This document shows positions 9,375 to 17,935 of a DNA stretch of 54,040 bases, piece after piece (the stretch's first letter is position 1; the number at the start of each line of letters is the position of its first letter). Origin of the DNA: a virus (lineage: Duplodnaviria; Caudoviricetes); IMG/VR virus record IMGVR_UViG_3300023223_000319, positions 1 to 54,040 of that record; one strand, 5' to 3'. A program made the translations under genes and the position numbers. The notes beneath the pieces are model-generated. The model saw only the letters and a program-made list of their open reading frames with translations, made no database searches and had not been told where the DNA came from.

Positions 9375-11762
9375 ATGCCGATAGATAGAGATTATTCTGA
9401 TGTTAATGCAGTCCTTATCCTTATTGAAGAGGCCCAGGATAGTGAGCGCAACCGTCGAGACAAGGTAAAGGAGGCTAAATGCTTCCTGACTAAACGTGAT
9501 GGGATGTGGCACCAGGACTCATGGGATAAGATGGCCGGGCATTATAGGGGTACATTCGACATGTGTACACCTATCGTTGATGGCATAGCAGGCGAGATAG
9601 ATCAATCAGACTTCACGCTGAGAGTCAGCCCTAGCGGCGGCAGAGCCAGCGAAGATACCGCTAGAACCCTGGACGGCCTAATCCGCAACATTCGCAACAT
9701 CTCTAATGCTGAAGACACCTTCAATAAGGCCGGACGATCAAACGTTGTGGGTGGATTTGACGCATGGGAAGTAGTCCAAGACTGGATTGATGGCGATTCA
9801 TTCGACCAAGATCTATTCATCCGTAGAATACCTGACGCTGCAAAGTCCGTATGGTTTGACATGGCCTCTGTCATGCAGGCTCCTGAAGATGCTAATTGGG
9901 CGATTAAGCTTGTTGGCATGCCAATAGCTGACTACCAGGCAAAATGGCCTGATGGCAGTCTCGTCTCTATAGGCGATAACTCAAGAGTTCCCCGGGATAA
10001 AAATAACCCAAAAGAAATAGTAACCGTTGGGCAGCTGTATTTTAAAAAACCTATCGAAATTGACCTCGTAAGAATGAATAACGGAGACGTTTATCAGGAT
10101 GATGATAAATTCAAGGCAGCTCAAGACGAATTGGCCGAGCAGGGAATTACCATTGAGGTCGATGACGAGGGGGAAGAAAAGCGCAGAACTCGCAAAAGCT
10201 GGCGCGTTCATTCTCGCATGCTTGACGGGTCAATGTGGCTAGCCGAAGAAGAAGAGACGGTCTTTGACTTCATTCCAATCGTCCCGATCTACGGTAATTA
10301 CGACTTTATTGACGATGAGCGTGTTTATTTTGGCAAGATTGAGAACCTGCTAGACCCTCAGAGGGCATATAATTATGCCGTGAGCCGAGATATCGAAGAT
10401 GGAGCTCTATCTCCTGCCGCAACAACGTGGATGACTGATAAGCAGGCAGAGGGTAATGATTATTCAAAAATGAACTTCGATCGTGCGCCGATTCGGATTT
10501 ATAACAACGACACAGCCGCAAAATCACCCCCATTCAAGACGCAAGGACCACAGGCCAGTGCTGGGCTACAGACCACAATGGCCAATATGCAGCAGATGAT
10601 TACAGTATCATCTAATACGTTCAACGCTCAACAAGGTAACGCTAGCTCGACACAGAGTGGCGTGGCAGGACTGCAACAGATTGAGCAGGGTAACATTGGA
10701 TCAATCAAGTGGTTTAAAGATCTTGAAATTGCTATTTGTTATACCGGCAAAGTATTGATTAGTGGCGCTATATCAAGAGTTTATGACGGCACTCGACTAG
10801 CGAGAATATTGGGAGAGGACGGCACCTCTAAGATGGTCGATTTGAACAAGCAGGTCTTCGATGATGAAGCTCAGGCAAACGTCACATTGAATGACCTGTC
10901 TATCGGCGAATACGATGTAGTCTGCGAAGTAGGTCCAGCATTTAACAGTGCACAGAAAGAGGCTGCCCGGGCATTTGAGGCAATCGCATCAGTAAGCCCT
11001 GACGTAGCCGCACGAAACATGGATATCTGGCTGAAGAACAAGAAAGAGCCAGGAATGGACATGATGGCTGAGAGGGAGCGAGAAGCCCTGTTTAACGCAG
11101 GACAGATACCGCAAAGCCAATGGACTGATGAAGAACAGCAAAAGGTAGCAGAGGCGCAAGCACAAGCCGCACAACAACCTCCACAGGAAGATCCTATATT
11201 GATTGCTGCAAGGGGCGCAGAAGCCGAGGGGCAGGCCGCCATATTAACAGCCCAAAACAAACAGGCAGAAATACAAGGTAATCAGCAATTGTCTGTGATG
11301 GAGTTACAACTTAAAGACAAACAGCTCGACCTAGACACGCAGAAGTTCATCCGCGCAGGCCAGGACAAGTTTAATGTTGAAGCTGCCAAGATCGGTCAGG
11401 GCGCTACAAAGCTAGATCAATCGCAGCAGTCAATCGACCAGAAAGACCAGCAGATGCTAATCGACGCCCAACAGAATCAAGACAAAATCGATCTACAGGC
11501 CAGAGAGCAGGTTATGGCCGAACAGCAGCAACAGCTCGATAGCGCCTTAAAGATACAACAGGAGCAGCGAGAGGAGCTAACAGCTGCTATTAGCGATCTC
11601 AAGACATTACGAGAAGCCATGGGGGTCGCAACGATTGTAGGGCCTCACAGCACGGAAGCGTATGTTAGCCAGGCTGTAGCAGTCACTGAGATACAAGAGG
11701 AGTCCGGGATTGATACCGAGATAGGCGAGACAGTGGCAGGGACTGCGGGTGATGAGATCTAA
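9375..11762 (+). CDS. P22-like portal protein
   Basis: 795 aa after TerL; FIPIVPIYG, DPQRAYNY, GEYDVVCEVGPAF motifs; long Gln-rich C-terminal coiled coil. Confidence 0.9.
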   Translation: MPIDRDYSDVNAVLILIEEAQDSERNRRDKVKEAKCFLTKRDGMWHQDSWDKMAGHYRGTFDMCTPIVDGIAGEIDQSDFTLRVSPSGGRASEDTARTLDGLIRNIRNISNAEDTFNKAGRSNVVGGFDAWEVVQDWIDGDSFDQDLFIRRIPDAAKSVWFDMASVMQAPEDANWAIKLVGMPIADYQAKWPDGSLVSIGDNSRVPRDKNNPKEIVTVGQLYFKKPIEIDLVRMNNGDVYQDDDKFKAAQDELAEQGITIEVDDEGEEKRRTRKSWRVHSRMLDGSMWLAEEEETVFDFIPIVPIYGNYDFIDDERVYFGKIENLLDPQRAYNYAVSRDIEDGALSPAATTWMTDKQAEGNDYSKMNFDRAPIRIYNNDTAAKSPPFKTQGPQASAGLQTTMANMQQMITVSSNTFNAQQGNASSTQSGVAGLQQIEQGNIGSIKWFKDLEIAICYTGKVLISGAISRVYDGTRLARILGEDGTSKMVDLNKQVFDDEAQANVTLNDLSIGEYDVVCEVGPAFNSAQKEAARAFEAIASVSPDVAARNMDIWLKNKKEPGMDMMAEREREALFNAGQIPQSQWTDEEQQKVAEAQAQAAQQPPQEDPILIAARGAEAEGQAAILTAQNKQAEIQGNQQLSVMELQLKDKQLDLDTQKFIRAGQDKFNVEAAKIGQGATKLDQSQQSIDQKDQQMLIDAQQNQDKIDLQAREQVMAEQQQQLDSALKIQQEQREELTAAISDLKTLREAMGVATIVGPHSTEAYVSQAVAVTEIQEESGIDTEIGETVAGTAGDEI

Positions 11763-12049
11763 TCACAAGACTTTATGCCGTCTTCCGAGTGTCCATGAGT
11801 CCAATACATTTCATTCAGCGGATATTCCCCATCTTGGCTTTCATGCGTTAACGAGTAAAGCGGCGTACCATCACAATCTCTCGTATGCTTAGCAGTGAAA
11901 AGTCTTGCGCCATTCTCCAGCTCAACAAGCACGCCAAGCCCAAGGCTGTGAGGTGTGGCATTATTTACTTGCCGGTATGACCGGCCTTTCGGGTCATCAG
12001 GGTCTTTAAGGTCGGATATAGAGGAAAAAGTTTTCATTTGGAATACCAT
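11759..12049 (-). CDS. Phage hypothetical protein (TRDCDGTPLY motif)
   Basis: Last gene of a leftward run, convergent with the portal gene. Confidence 0.6.
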   Translation of the reverse strand: MVFQMKTFSSISDLKDPDDPKGRSYRQVNNATPHSLGLGVLVELENGARLFTAKHTRDCDGTPLYSLTHESQDGEYPLNEMYWTHGHSEDGIKSCD

Positions 12050-12246
12050 GGTCTTGGGTTACACGCTGAATGGAACTTAAATGCCTTTACTTTAAATTCC
12101 GCAGTAAGATTGGAGTCGCGCATAATGCCATCAAGACACATGCCGCGAGTTGTTCTGGCGGTTTTTGTTTGAGCCTCATTTTGCCACACCAGCTTTATCC
12201 GTTCTTTAATCCTATCCGGCTCTGTGAATGGGCGCTTACGTCTCAT
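12034..12246 (-). CDS. Hypothetical protein
   Basis: GGAGG RBS, ATGA overlap. Confidence 0.5.
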   Translation of the reverse strand: MRRKRPFTEPDRIKERIKLVWQNEAQTKTARTTRGMCLDGIMRDSNLTAEFKVKAFKFHSACNPRPWYSK

Positions 12247-12524
12247 TGTTTATCCTCCTTCATCACATCAAGCTCTTTAGTCCATATCATTACGCCGTTT
12301 CTATCAATTAAATCAGCCCTGGTCGGCTCCATAGCTGTAAAATCCAGCAAGTAGTCACTCTTCCCATCCTTATCAAGCTTAATCGACGGGTAGTTCGTGA
12401 TACCTGTTCTGGTAGAAAAGAAGTGCATTTCGCCGTAACTTAACGGATTACCGTTCTGGTCTAAATACCGAAGCTCTTTGGGGCGATCAACGTTCAAGAG
12501 CTTTCTAAGGATTGTTATGATCAT
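12243..12524 (-). CDS. Hypothetical protein
   Basis: GGAGG upstream; coupled to the next gene. Confidence 0.5.
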   Translation of the reverse strand: MIITILRKLLNVDRPKELRYLDQNGNPLSYGEMHFFSTRTGITNYPSIKLDKDGKSDYLLDFTAMEPTRADLIDRNGVMIWTKELDVMKEDKQ

Positions 12525-12538
12525 TCATGTCCCTCCTG

Positions 12539-12826
12539 TTAGTCGCGTTCTGCGCAATATCTAAGTTGATCATGATTGCTACTAATTCGCTCAAAGTCAG
12601 CGTCTCTTGCTTCTTCGCTGCTGTAAGACCATTCAGCATCACACCCATCAAAAACAATACTGGGCCTTCCGGTATTGTCTGGATACCACGCAAACTTTCC
12701 CTTTCTTATGTTTTTGCACAGAGCAAGGTTCGCGGGGTTATTTTGCACAGTTTTGCCACCCCTATAGATAAAGTTCTCTAATGAGCATTTGACAAAGTAA
12801 GGCGTAGTACCATCCGGCATACTCAC
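12539..12826 (-). CDS. Hypothetical protein
   Basis: Overlaps the stop of the RHH gene. Confidence 0.5.
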   Translation of the reverse strand: MSMPDGTTPYFVKCSLENFIYRGGKTVQNNPANLALCKNIRKGKFAWYPDNTGRPSIVFDGCDAEWSYSSEEARDADFERISSNHDQLRYCAERD

Positions 12827-12978
12827 TTAATCCCCAGGTCTTTCTTGATCAGCCTATTCAGATACTCGGACATACTTATGCCGTCAGCCTCGCATTTCTT
12901 GGTTATTTCCAGACTAATCGTACTGGTAACTTTTGCGGCAATCGCAATATTTCTTAATTCTCGTCTTGGCTTTGGCAT
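12823..12978 (-). CDS. Ribbon-helix-helix DNA-binding protein
   Basis: MPKPRRELRNIAIAAKV...CEADGISMSEYLNRLI fits the Arc/CopG pattern; divergent from the ter operon. Confidence 0.6.
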   Translation of the reverse strand: MPKPRRELRNIAIAAKVTSTISLEITKKCEADGISMSEYLNRLIKKDLGIK

Positions 12979-13075
12979 TATCGCTTGACCTTTAGTTATC
13001 TTTGGTTTACTTTTGTACCCAGTGTTAGAGAATAGCACTTTTAACTACAAATACTCAATCAAAAAGGTAAATATC

Positions 13076-13645
13076 ATGGATCTGCAAATTATTGAAAAAG
13101 GCGCAACATTTGAACTGGACGTAGTATCAAAGCAGGAAGGCCCCAAAACTTACTACTTCGGTGCTGGCTGGGATAATCCCAATGGCCCTGTTGATCTTGA
13201 TATTGTTTGTGCTCTTTTGAAAGACGGCAAACTGGCCGGTAATGGTGACTTTGTTTATTTCGGCAATCGTAATGCCGCTGGTGTTGCTTTGTCTGAAGAT
13301 AACCAGACCGGCGAAGGTGAAGGCGATGACGAAAGCATTGTTATTAATACAGACGAAATCGATCCTGCCGTTGATAGCATTGTTATTGGCCTGGCTGCTT
13401 ATGCTGGTGCCGATCTTCATTCGGCGCCAAACCCTCACTTCCGCGTTTGTGATGGCTCAGAAGAGTCTAGCGAGCAAATCGGCGATGTTGTGGTTACTGG
13501 TGGCGCTATTGCCGGCGACACTGTCCTGGTCGCGTTTACGTTGAATCGTGGTGCTAATGGATGGAGCCTGGAGAATAATGCAGCGTTCCATGCCAAAGGC
13601 CAAGGTACTGGTGCTATTCAAGGTTTCGGCGCTTTGTTCTCGTAA
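13076..13645 (+). CDS. terD: TerD-family protein
   Basis: GAGWD, VDLDIVC, DFVYFGN, DNQTGEGEGDDESI; AAGG RBS before ATG 13076. Confidence 0.92.
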   Translation: MDLQIIEKGATFELDVVSKQEGPKTYYFGAGWDNPNGPVDLDIVCALLKDGKLAGNGDFVYFGNRNAAGVALSEDNQTGEGEGDDESIVINTDEIDPAVDSIVIGLAAYAGADLHSAPNPHFRVCDGSEESSEQIGDVVVTGGAIAGDTVLVAFTLNRGANGWSLENNAAFHAKGQGTGAIQGFGALFS

Positions 13646-13667
13646 TAGCACATTAAATCATACGCTC

Positions 13668-13692
13668 GCGGCCTTCGGGCCGCCTTATTTTT
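13668..13692 (+). terminator. Hairpin/terminator between terD and terB
   Basis: GCGGCC-TTCG-GGCCGC followed by a T-rich tail. Confidence 0.6.
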
Positions 13693-13704
13693 AGAGGGTT
13701 TATC

Positions 13705-14142
13705 ATGTTAAATACTTTTACAAAATTTCTCGAAGGTATTGCAGAAGAGGGTGAAAAGCTATTTTCCAGAGTCAAGGATAAAGCATTATTTCGCAAGGTT
13801 GTTTCTGCCAGCTTTCTTATTGCTCGTGCCGATGGCGATTTTGATTCTGATGAAAAAACAGCGCTGGCGACGATCGTTTCTAAAAAGCTTTCTCACTTTA
13901 GCATCGGTGATATTTTAAAAGTCCTGAATGATTGTGAGGAAAAAGTTGCCTTTGATGAAACTATGGGCGTTATGGAAATAATGGACGATATCTGCACGGC
14001 ATCAGGTAGCGATGCTGAAATGATACTTCGAATCTCTTGCTTTATTGGCGCCTCAGACGGCGATTTTGACGCCGATGAGAAAAAGGTTGCCTCGGATATG
14101 GCTAAGCGCATGAGCCTTGATCCTTCGGGTTATGGGCTGTGA
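13705..14142 (+). CDS. terB: TerB-family protein
   Basis: Two repeats, ARADGDFDSDEK and ASDGDFDADEK; ends LDPSGYGL. Confidence 0.9.
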   Translation: MLNTFTKFLEGIAEEGEKLFSRVKDKALFRKVVSASFLIARADGDFDSDEKTALATIVSKKLSHFSIGDILKVLNDCEEKVAFDETMGVMEIMDDICTASGSDAEMILRISCFIGASDGDFDADEKKVASDMAKRMSLDPSGYGL

Positions 14143-15047
14143 TAGGCTATCCACTGGTTACGGTCTCCGTCTTTATCGGCATAGCGGTTATGTTATTTGC
14201 CGCTGACCTTTTTGCGCATAAGAAGAAGGAGGCGGTATCTTTTAAATCATCCGTCATGTGGTCATTGATATATATAGCAGGTGCCATGTGTTTTGCGGCA
14301 TTTCTTTACTTCTATCATGGTCAGCAGGCGGCAAGCCTGTTTTTAACGGGGTATACGCTAGAGAAAGTCCTGGCATTTGATAATCTTTTTGTCTTCTCTC
14401 TGATATTTGCTTATTTTAAAATACCTGCACCTGATAGGCATGCAGCACTTCACTGGGGGATTATCGGGGCTATAGTATTTAGACTGGTATTCGTTGTCAT
14501 TGGCGTTGAATCAATGAGCCTATTTGGCCCTGTAATGGAGTTTATATTTGCTTGCTTAATAGCATTCACTATTTACCTAATAGTAAAGTCTGGCGATGAT
14601 GAGGCTGATTATGACAATGTGTGGTATGTAAAATATATCAGAAGGCATTTCCCTTCAGTAACGCCCTTTATCATTGCTATATGCGCTATTGAGATAAGTG
14701 ACATCATGTTTGCTTTTGATAGCGTGCCTGCGGTGATCGCCGTCACTAAAGACCCTTTGTTGATCTATAGCTCAATGATATTCGCAATACTTGGCTTAAG
14801 GTCTTTGTATTTCGTTATAGACTCGCTGTCGTCGTGCTTGAGATATATGGATGCATCGATCATATGCGTGCTGTCTTTTATCTCCATTAAACTTGCTGCC
14901 CATTCGATAACTGGATTTCATATTGAAGCAAATCACAGTTTGATTGTCGTTATTTCAATATTATCAGTTGGTATAATTTTATCTTTATTTAAAGGATCTG
15001 ATCATGAAAAAGAACCCAATACTGAAGCATCTTCGAAAGCCTCTTAA
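14139..15047 (+). CDS. terC: TerC/Alx-family membrane protein
   Basis: GYTLEKVLAFDNLFVF, WGIIGAIVFR, IEISDIMFAFDSVPA, FAILGLRSLYF. Confidence 0.95.
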   Translation: MIGYPLVTVSVFIGIAVMLFAADLFAHKKKEAVSFKSSVMWSLIYIAGAMCFAAFLYFYHGQQAASLFLTGYTLEKVLAFDNLFVFSLIFAYFKIPAPDRHAALHWGIIGAIVFRLVFVVIGVESMSLFGPVMEFIFACLIAFTIYLIVKSGDDEADYDNVWYVKYIRRHFPSVTPFIIAICAIEISDIMFAFDSVPAVIAVTKDPLLIYSSMIFAILGLRSLYFVIDSLSSCLRYMDASIICVLSFISIKLAAHSITGFHIEANHSLIVVISILSVGIILSLFKGSDHEKEPNTEASSKAS

Positions 15048-15234
15048 GTGGGCTGCCCTGGCTATATTCTGCATCATCGCTCTATCTCGAGGCGTCAGCT
15101 ATATTGCTGGCGCTTACTCATGTAGCTCGGAATGGAAAGAGAGCGGCATGGATTACAAATACAAATTAAGTGCCGGCTGCATGATAAGCCCTAACGGCAA
15201 CTGGATTCCTGCGCGAAATTACAGGATTGATTGA
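15004..15234 (+). CDS. Small membrane-anchored protein
   Basis: One hydrophobic segment, two Cys, ends WIP.RNYR. Confidence 0.6.
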   Translation: MKKNPILKHLRKPLKWAALAIFCIIALSRGVSYIAGAYSCSSEWKESGMDYKYKLSAGCMISPNGNWIPARNYRID

Positions 15235-15336
15235 GGCTTTTGGGTCTGTTTTGGCGAAATATCTAGGGATGGATAAGTTCCTGCTTATTGATAGTCCGTC
15301 TGCCAATGCGTTTTTATAATAGAAAGGAATATAAGT

Positions 15337-15669
15337 ATGGAAAAACAATGTAGTCACGGCGTCGAATGGGACGTGCACTGCGCTGAGTGTGAGATGGTCA
15401 GCCTGGATGAGACGATATTTCATGCAGGCAAAGCCCTTGCTTTAGCTAAGGCAACGAAGATTGAGGTGCAGGCGTTAATCAACGCTCAGCGTGAGGCTCT
15501 TAGTGACGCTAGTTGGCCTGATCATTTAAAGCGAGATGCACCTTATGCTCAATGCGATCAATGCCGGCGTAAGTCATGGACTTCCAAACAATTCGGCAGT
15601 ATTTGCGGAATGGTTGATCTAGACAGGAATAGAACTTGCCCTGGCCGCTTAATAAAAACAGTTCAATAA
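15337..15669 (+). CDS. Cys-rich putative Zn-binding protein
   Basis: CSHG...CAEC and CDQC...C...C motifs; AGGA RBS. Confidence 0.55.
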   Translation: MEKQCSHGVEWDVHCAECEMVSLDETIFHAGKALALAKATKIEVQALINAQREALSDASWPDHLKRDAPYAQCDQCRRKSWTSKQFGSICGMVDLDRNRTCPGRLIKTVQ

Positions 15670-15692
15670 TGCACGACTACTGGAGTTAGAAG

Positions 15693-16922
15693 ATGAGCAA
15701 GTATAAATATATATTTGACGATACGGCATCCAGCCCAATCAAGCATTGGACTAAAGGCGTGGAGCTAGACGATAAAGCAAGAGACCAGCTATACAATATT
15801 GCCTCGATGCCATTCATCCACAAGCATGTTGCAGTGATGCCTGATGTTCACTGGGGCAACGGGGCTACCATAGGATCAGTTATAGCCACCAAGGGAGCCA
15901 TTATACCGGCTGCGGTAGGCGTTGATATTGGCTGCGGAATGATGGCGCTTAAAACGTCACTAAAGGCCACTGACCTGCCTGATAACCTTCACGCTATACG
16001 CAGCGCCATAGAGGCAGAAATCCCCCATGGGCGCACTGATAACGGCGGTAAGAATGACAAAGGCGGATGGGGTGATGTAATGCCATCGGATAACGCCGAT
16101 TCATGGCTAAGGCTTTCTGTTGGTTATGAAGCTATATTGGCAAAGCACCCTAAAGCGAAGTCATTCAATAACGCATCTCACCTAGGAACGCTCGGAACTG
16201 GCAACCACTTCATTGAATTATGCCTTGATGAAAATGACGATGTTTGGGTAATGCTGCATTCTGGTTCTCGTGGAGCCGGCAACCGTATTGGCATGTATTT
16301 CATTGAGAAAGCGAAAAAGGAGATGGAGCGATATTATATTGATAAGTATCTGCCGGATCGTGAGCTTGCCTATTTAGTTGAGCATTCGGAGATTTTCGAT
16401 GATTACGTTTCTGCGGTTGCGTGGGCCCAGGATTACGCGCTTGAAAACAGAAAGCTTATGATGGCTCAAGTTTTAGGTGCGATGAAGCGACACTTAAAGC
16501 CATTCACAATTGAAGATGAGGCGATTAACTGCCATCACAACTACATAGATAGAGAGAATCATTTCGGCTCTAATGTGTGGGTGACTCGCAAAGGTGCTGT
16601 TCGCGCCAGAGAGAAAGATTTAGGGATTATTCCAGGCTCCATGGGCACCGGGTCATTCATTGTTCGCGGACTAGGCAACAAAGACTCATTCTGTAGCTGC
16701 TCTCATGGAGCTGGCCGCGTAATGTCTAGAGGTGAGGCAAAGAGAAAGATAACGCTAGAGCAGCACGAAAAAGCCATGACAGGAATCGAGGCGAGACTTG
16801 ATGCCGGCGTCATTGATGAAAGTCCTGCGGCCTATAAAGACATTGGCGCGGTAATGGATGCTCAGAGTGACTTAGTTGAAATTGTTTATCGTCTTCGTCA
16901 AGTGATAAATGTTAAAGGCTAG
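15693..16922 (+). CDS. rtcB: RNA-splicing/repair ligase RtcB
   Basis: MPDVH.G.G, GVDIGCGM, GTLGTGNHFIE, HSGSRG, HNY, PGSMG, SHGAGR, DESPAAYKDI, VKG end. Confidence 0.97.
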   Translation: MSKYKYIFDDTASSPIKHWTKGVELDDKARDQLYNIASMPFIHKHVAVMPDVHWGNGATIGSVIATKGAIIPAAVGVDIGCGMMALKTSLKATDLPDNLHAIRSAIEAEIPHGRTDNGGKNDKGGWGDVMPSDNADSWLRLSVGYEAILAKHPKAKSFNNASHLGTLGTGNHFIELCLDENDDVWVMLHSGSRGAGNRIGMYFIEKAKKEMERYYIDKYLPDRELAYLVEHSEIFDDYVSAVAWAQDYALENRKLMMAQVLGAMKRHLKPFTIEDEAINCHHNYIDRENHFGSNVWVTRKGAVRAREKDLGIIPGSMGTGSFIVRGLGNKDSFCSCSHGAGRVMSRGEAKRKITLEQHEKAMTGIEARLDAGVIDESPAAYKDIGAVMDAQSDLVEIVYRLRQVINVKG

Positions 16923-16968
16923 GCCACTAGCGCGCATTACAGAATGTTAACTTGATGATATCTGGCTG

Positions 16969-17086
16969 TGCTATAATATCAGCTTGGCTTTGGTCGGCCT
17001 AATTCGTAAGTTAACAAAGCTCAGGCTTTTATCCTTTATCGCACTTACGCGAAACGACCAAAGGGATAGAAGTCTGAGCTTTTTTA
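16969..17086 (+). promoter_or_regulatory. Promoter plus attenuator-like leader of the NAD operon
   Basis: TGCTATAAT extended -10; long stem 17016-17037/17060-17082 followed by a T-run; the 5' TTTGGTCG and TTCGTAAGT complement the hairpin loop. Confidence 0.7.
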
Positions 17087-17098
17087 TTGGAGAACAAT

Positions 17099-17926
17099 AT
17101 GATTTCAATAAGGATTTGTGGAGATAATTATTACCCATCCGTTATGGTTTTCTCTGGCGGTGAGGTCAATGTAACACTCCCCACTATATTGCCTTACTCT
17201 ATTGACTCATACACATTGAAGGCAAAAATAAAGAGTTCCGAAGATTTAATGACTCTCTTTATGGTGAAGAATGCTCTCAATGTTAAATATGGATCAAATG
17301 TTACATCTCAGCTAATAATCCCATATCTGCCTTATGCCAGACAGGACAGGGTATGTAATCCTGGTGAGGCGCTATCAATCAAGGTTATGGCTGACCTTAT
17401 TAATAGCATGGCCTTCTCAAGGGTGATTACCTACGACAACCATAGTGACGTATCCACGGCGCTTATCGACAACTGCAACAACAAACTGCCAAGTCAGCTA
17501 ATTGCTCAATGTGGTGAAATTAATAACCTTCTTACAAAGACAAGGGTATCTCTGTGCTGTCCTGATGCCGGAGCAGCCAAGAAGGTCTATGGAGTGTCTA
17601 AGGCCTATGGAGGGGTGCCGGTTGTTATGGCTGAAAAGATTCGTGATGTAAAGACAGGTGAAATTACCCATACCGAGGTTTATGCCGATGATCTTGGCGG
17701 ACAAAGCATTCTTGTAATTGATGATATCTGCGATGGAGGAATGACATTTATTAAGTTGGCTGAAAAACTTATAGCAAAAAATGCAGGCCCACTATTTTTA
17801 TATGTTACTCATGGAATTTTTAGCAAGGGACTAGATGCTCTTTCCATGTATCAAAAGATATATACCACTGATAGTTTTTCAGCAGTAGAAGACGGAAACG
17901 ATAAACTTTACATAATCAAGCCATAG
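17099..17926 (+). CDS. Ribose-phosphate pyrophosphokinase-like protein (likely NARP1 Adps)
   Basis: FSGGE, PYLPYARQDR, PDAGA, VIDDICDGGMTF, VTHGIFSKG; immediately upstream of the NAMPT homologue. Confidence 0.9.
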   Translation: MISIRICGDNYYPSVMVFSGGEVNVTLPTILPYSIDSYTLKAKIKSSEDLMTLFMVKNALNVKYGSNVTSQLIIPYLPYARQDRVCNPGEALSIKVMADLINSMAFSRVITYDNHSDVSTALIDNCNNKLPSQLIAQCGEINNLLTKTRVSLCCPDAGAAKKVYGVSKAYGGVPVVMAEKIRDVKTGEITHTEVYADDLGGQSILVIDDICDGGMTFIKLAEKLIAKNAGPLFLYVTHGIFSKGLDALSMYQKIYTTDSFSAVEDGNDKLYIIKP

Positions 17927-17935
17927 GATAACACC

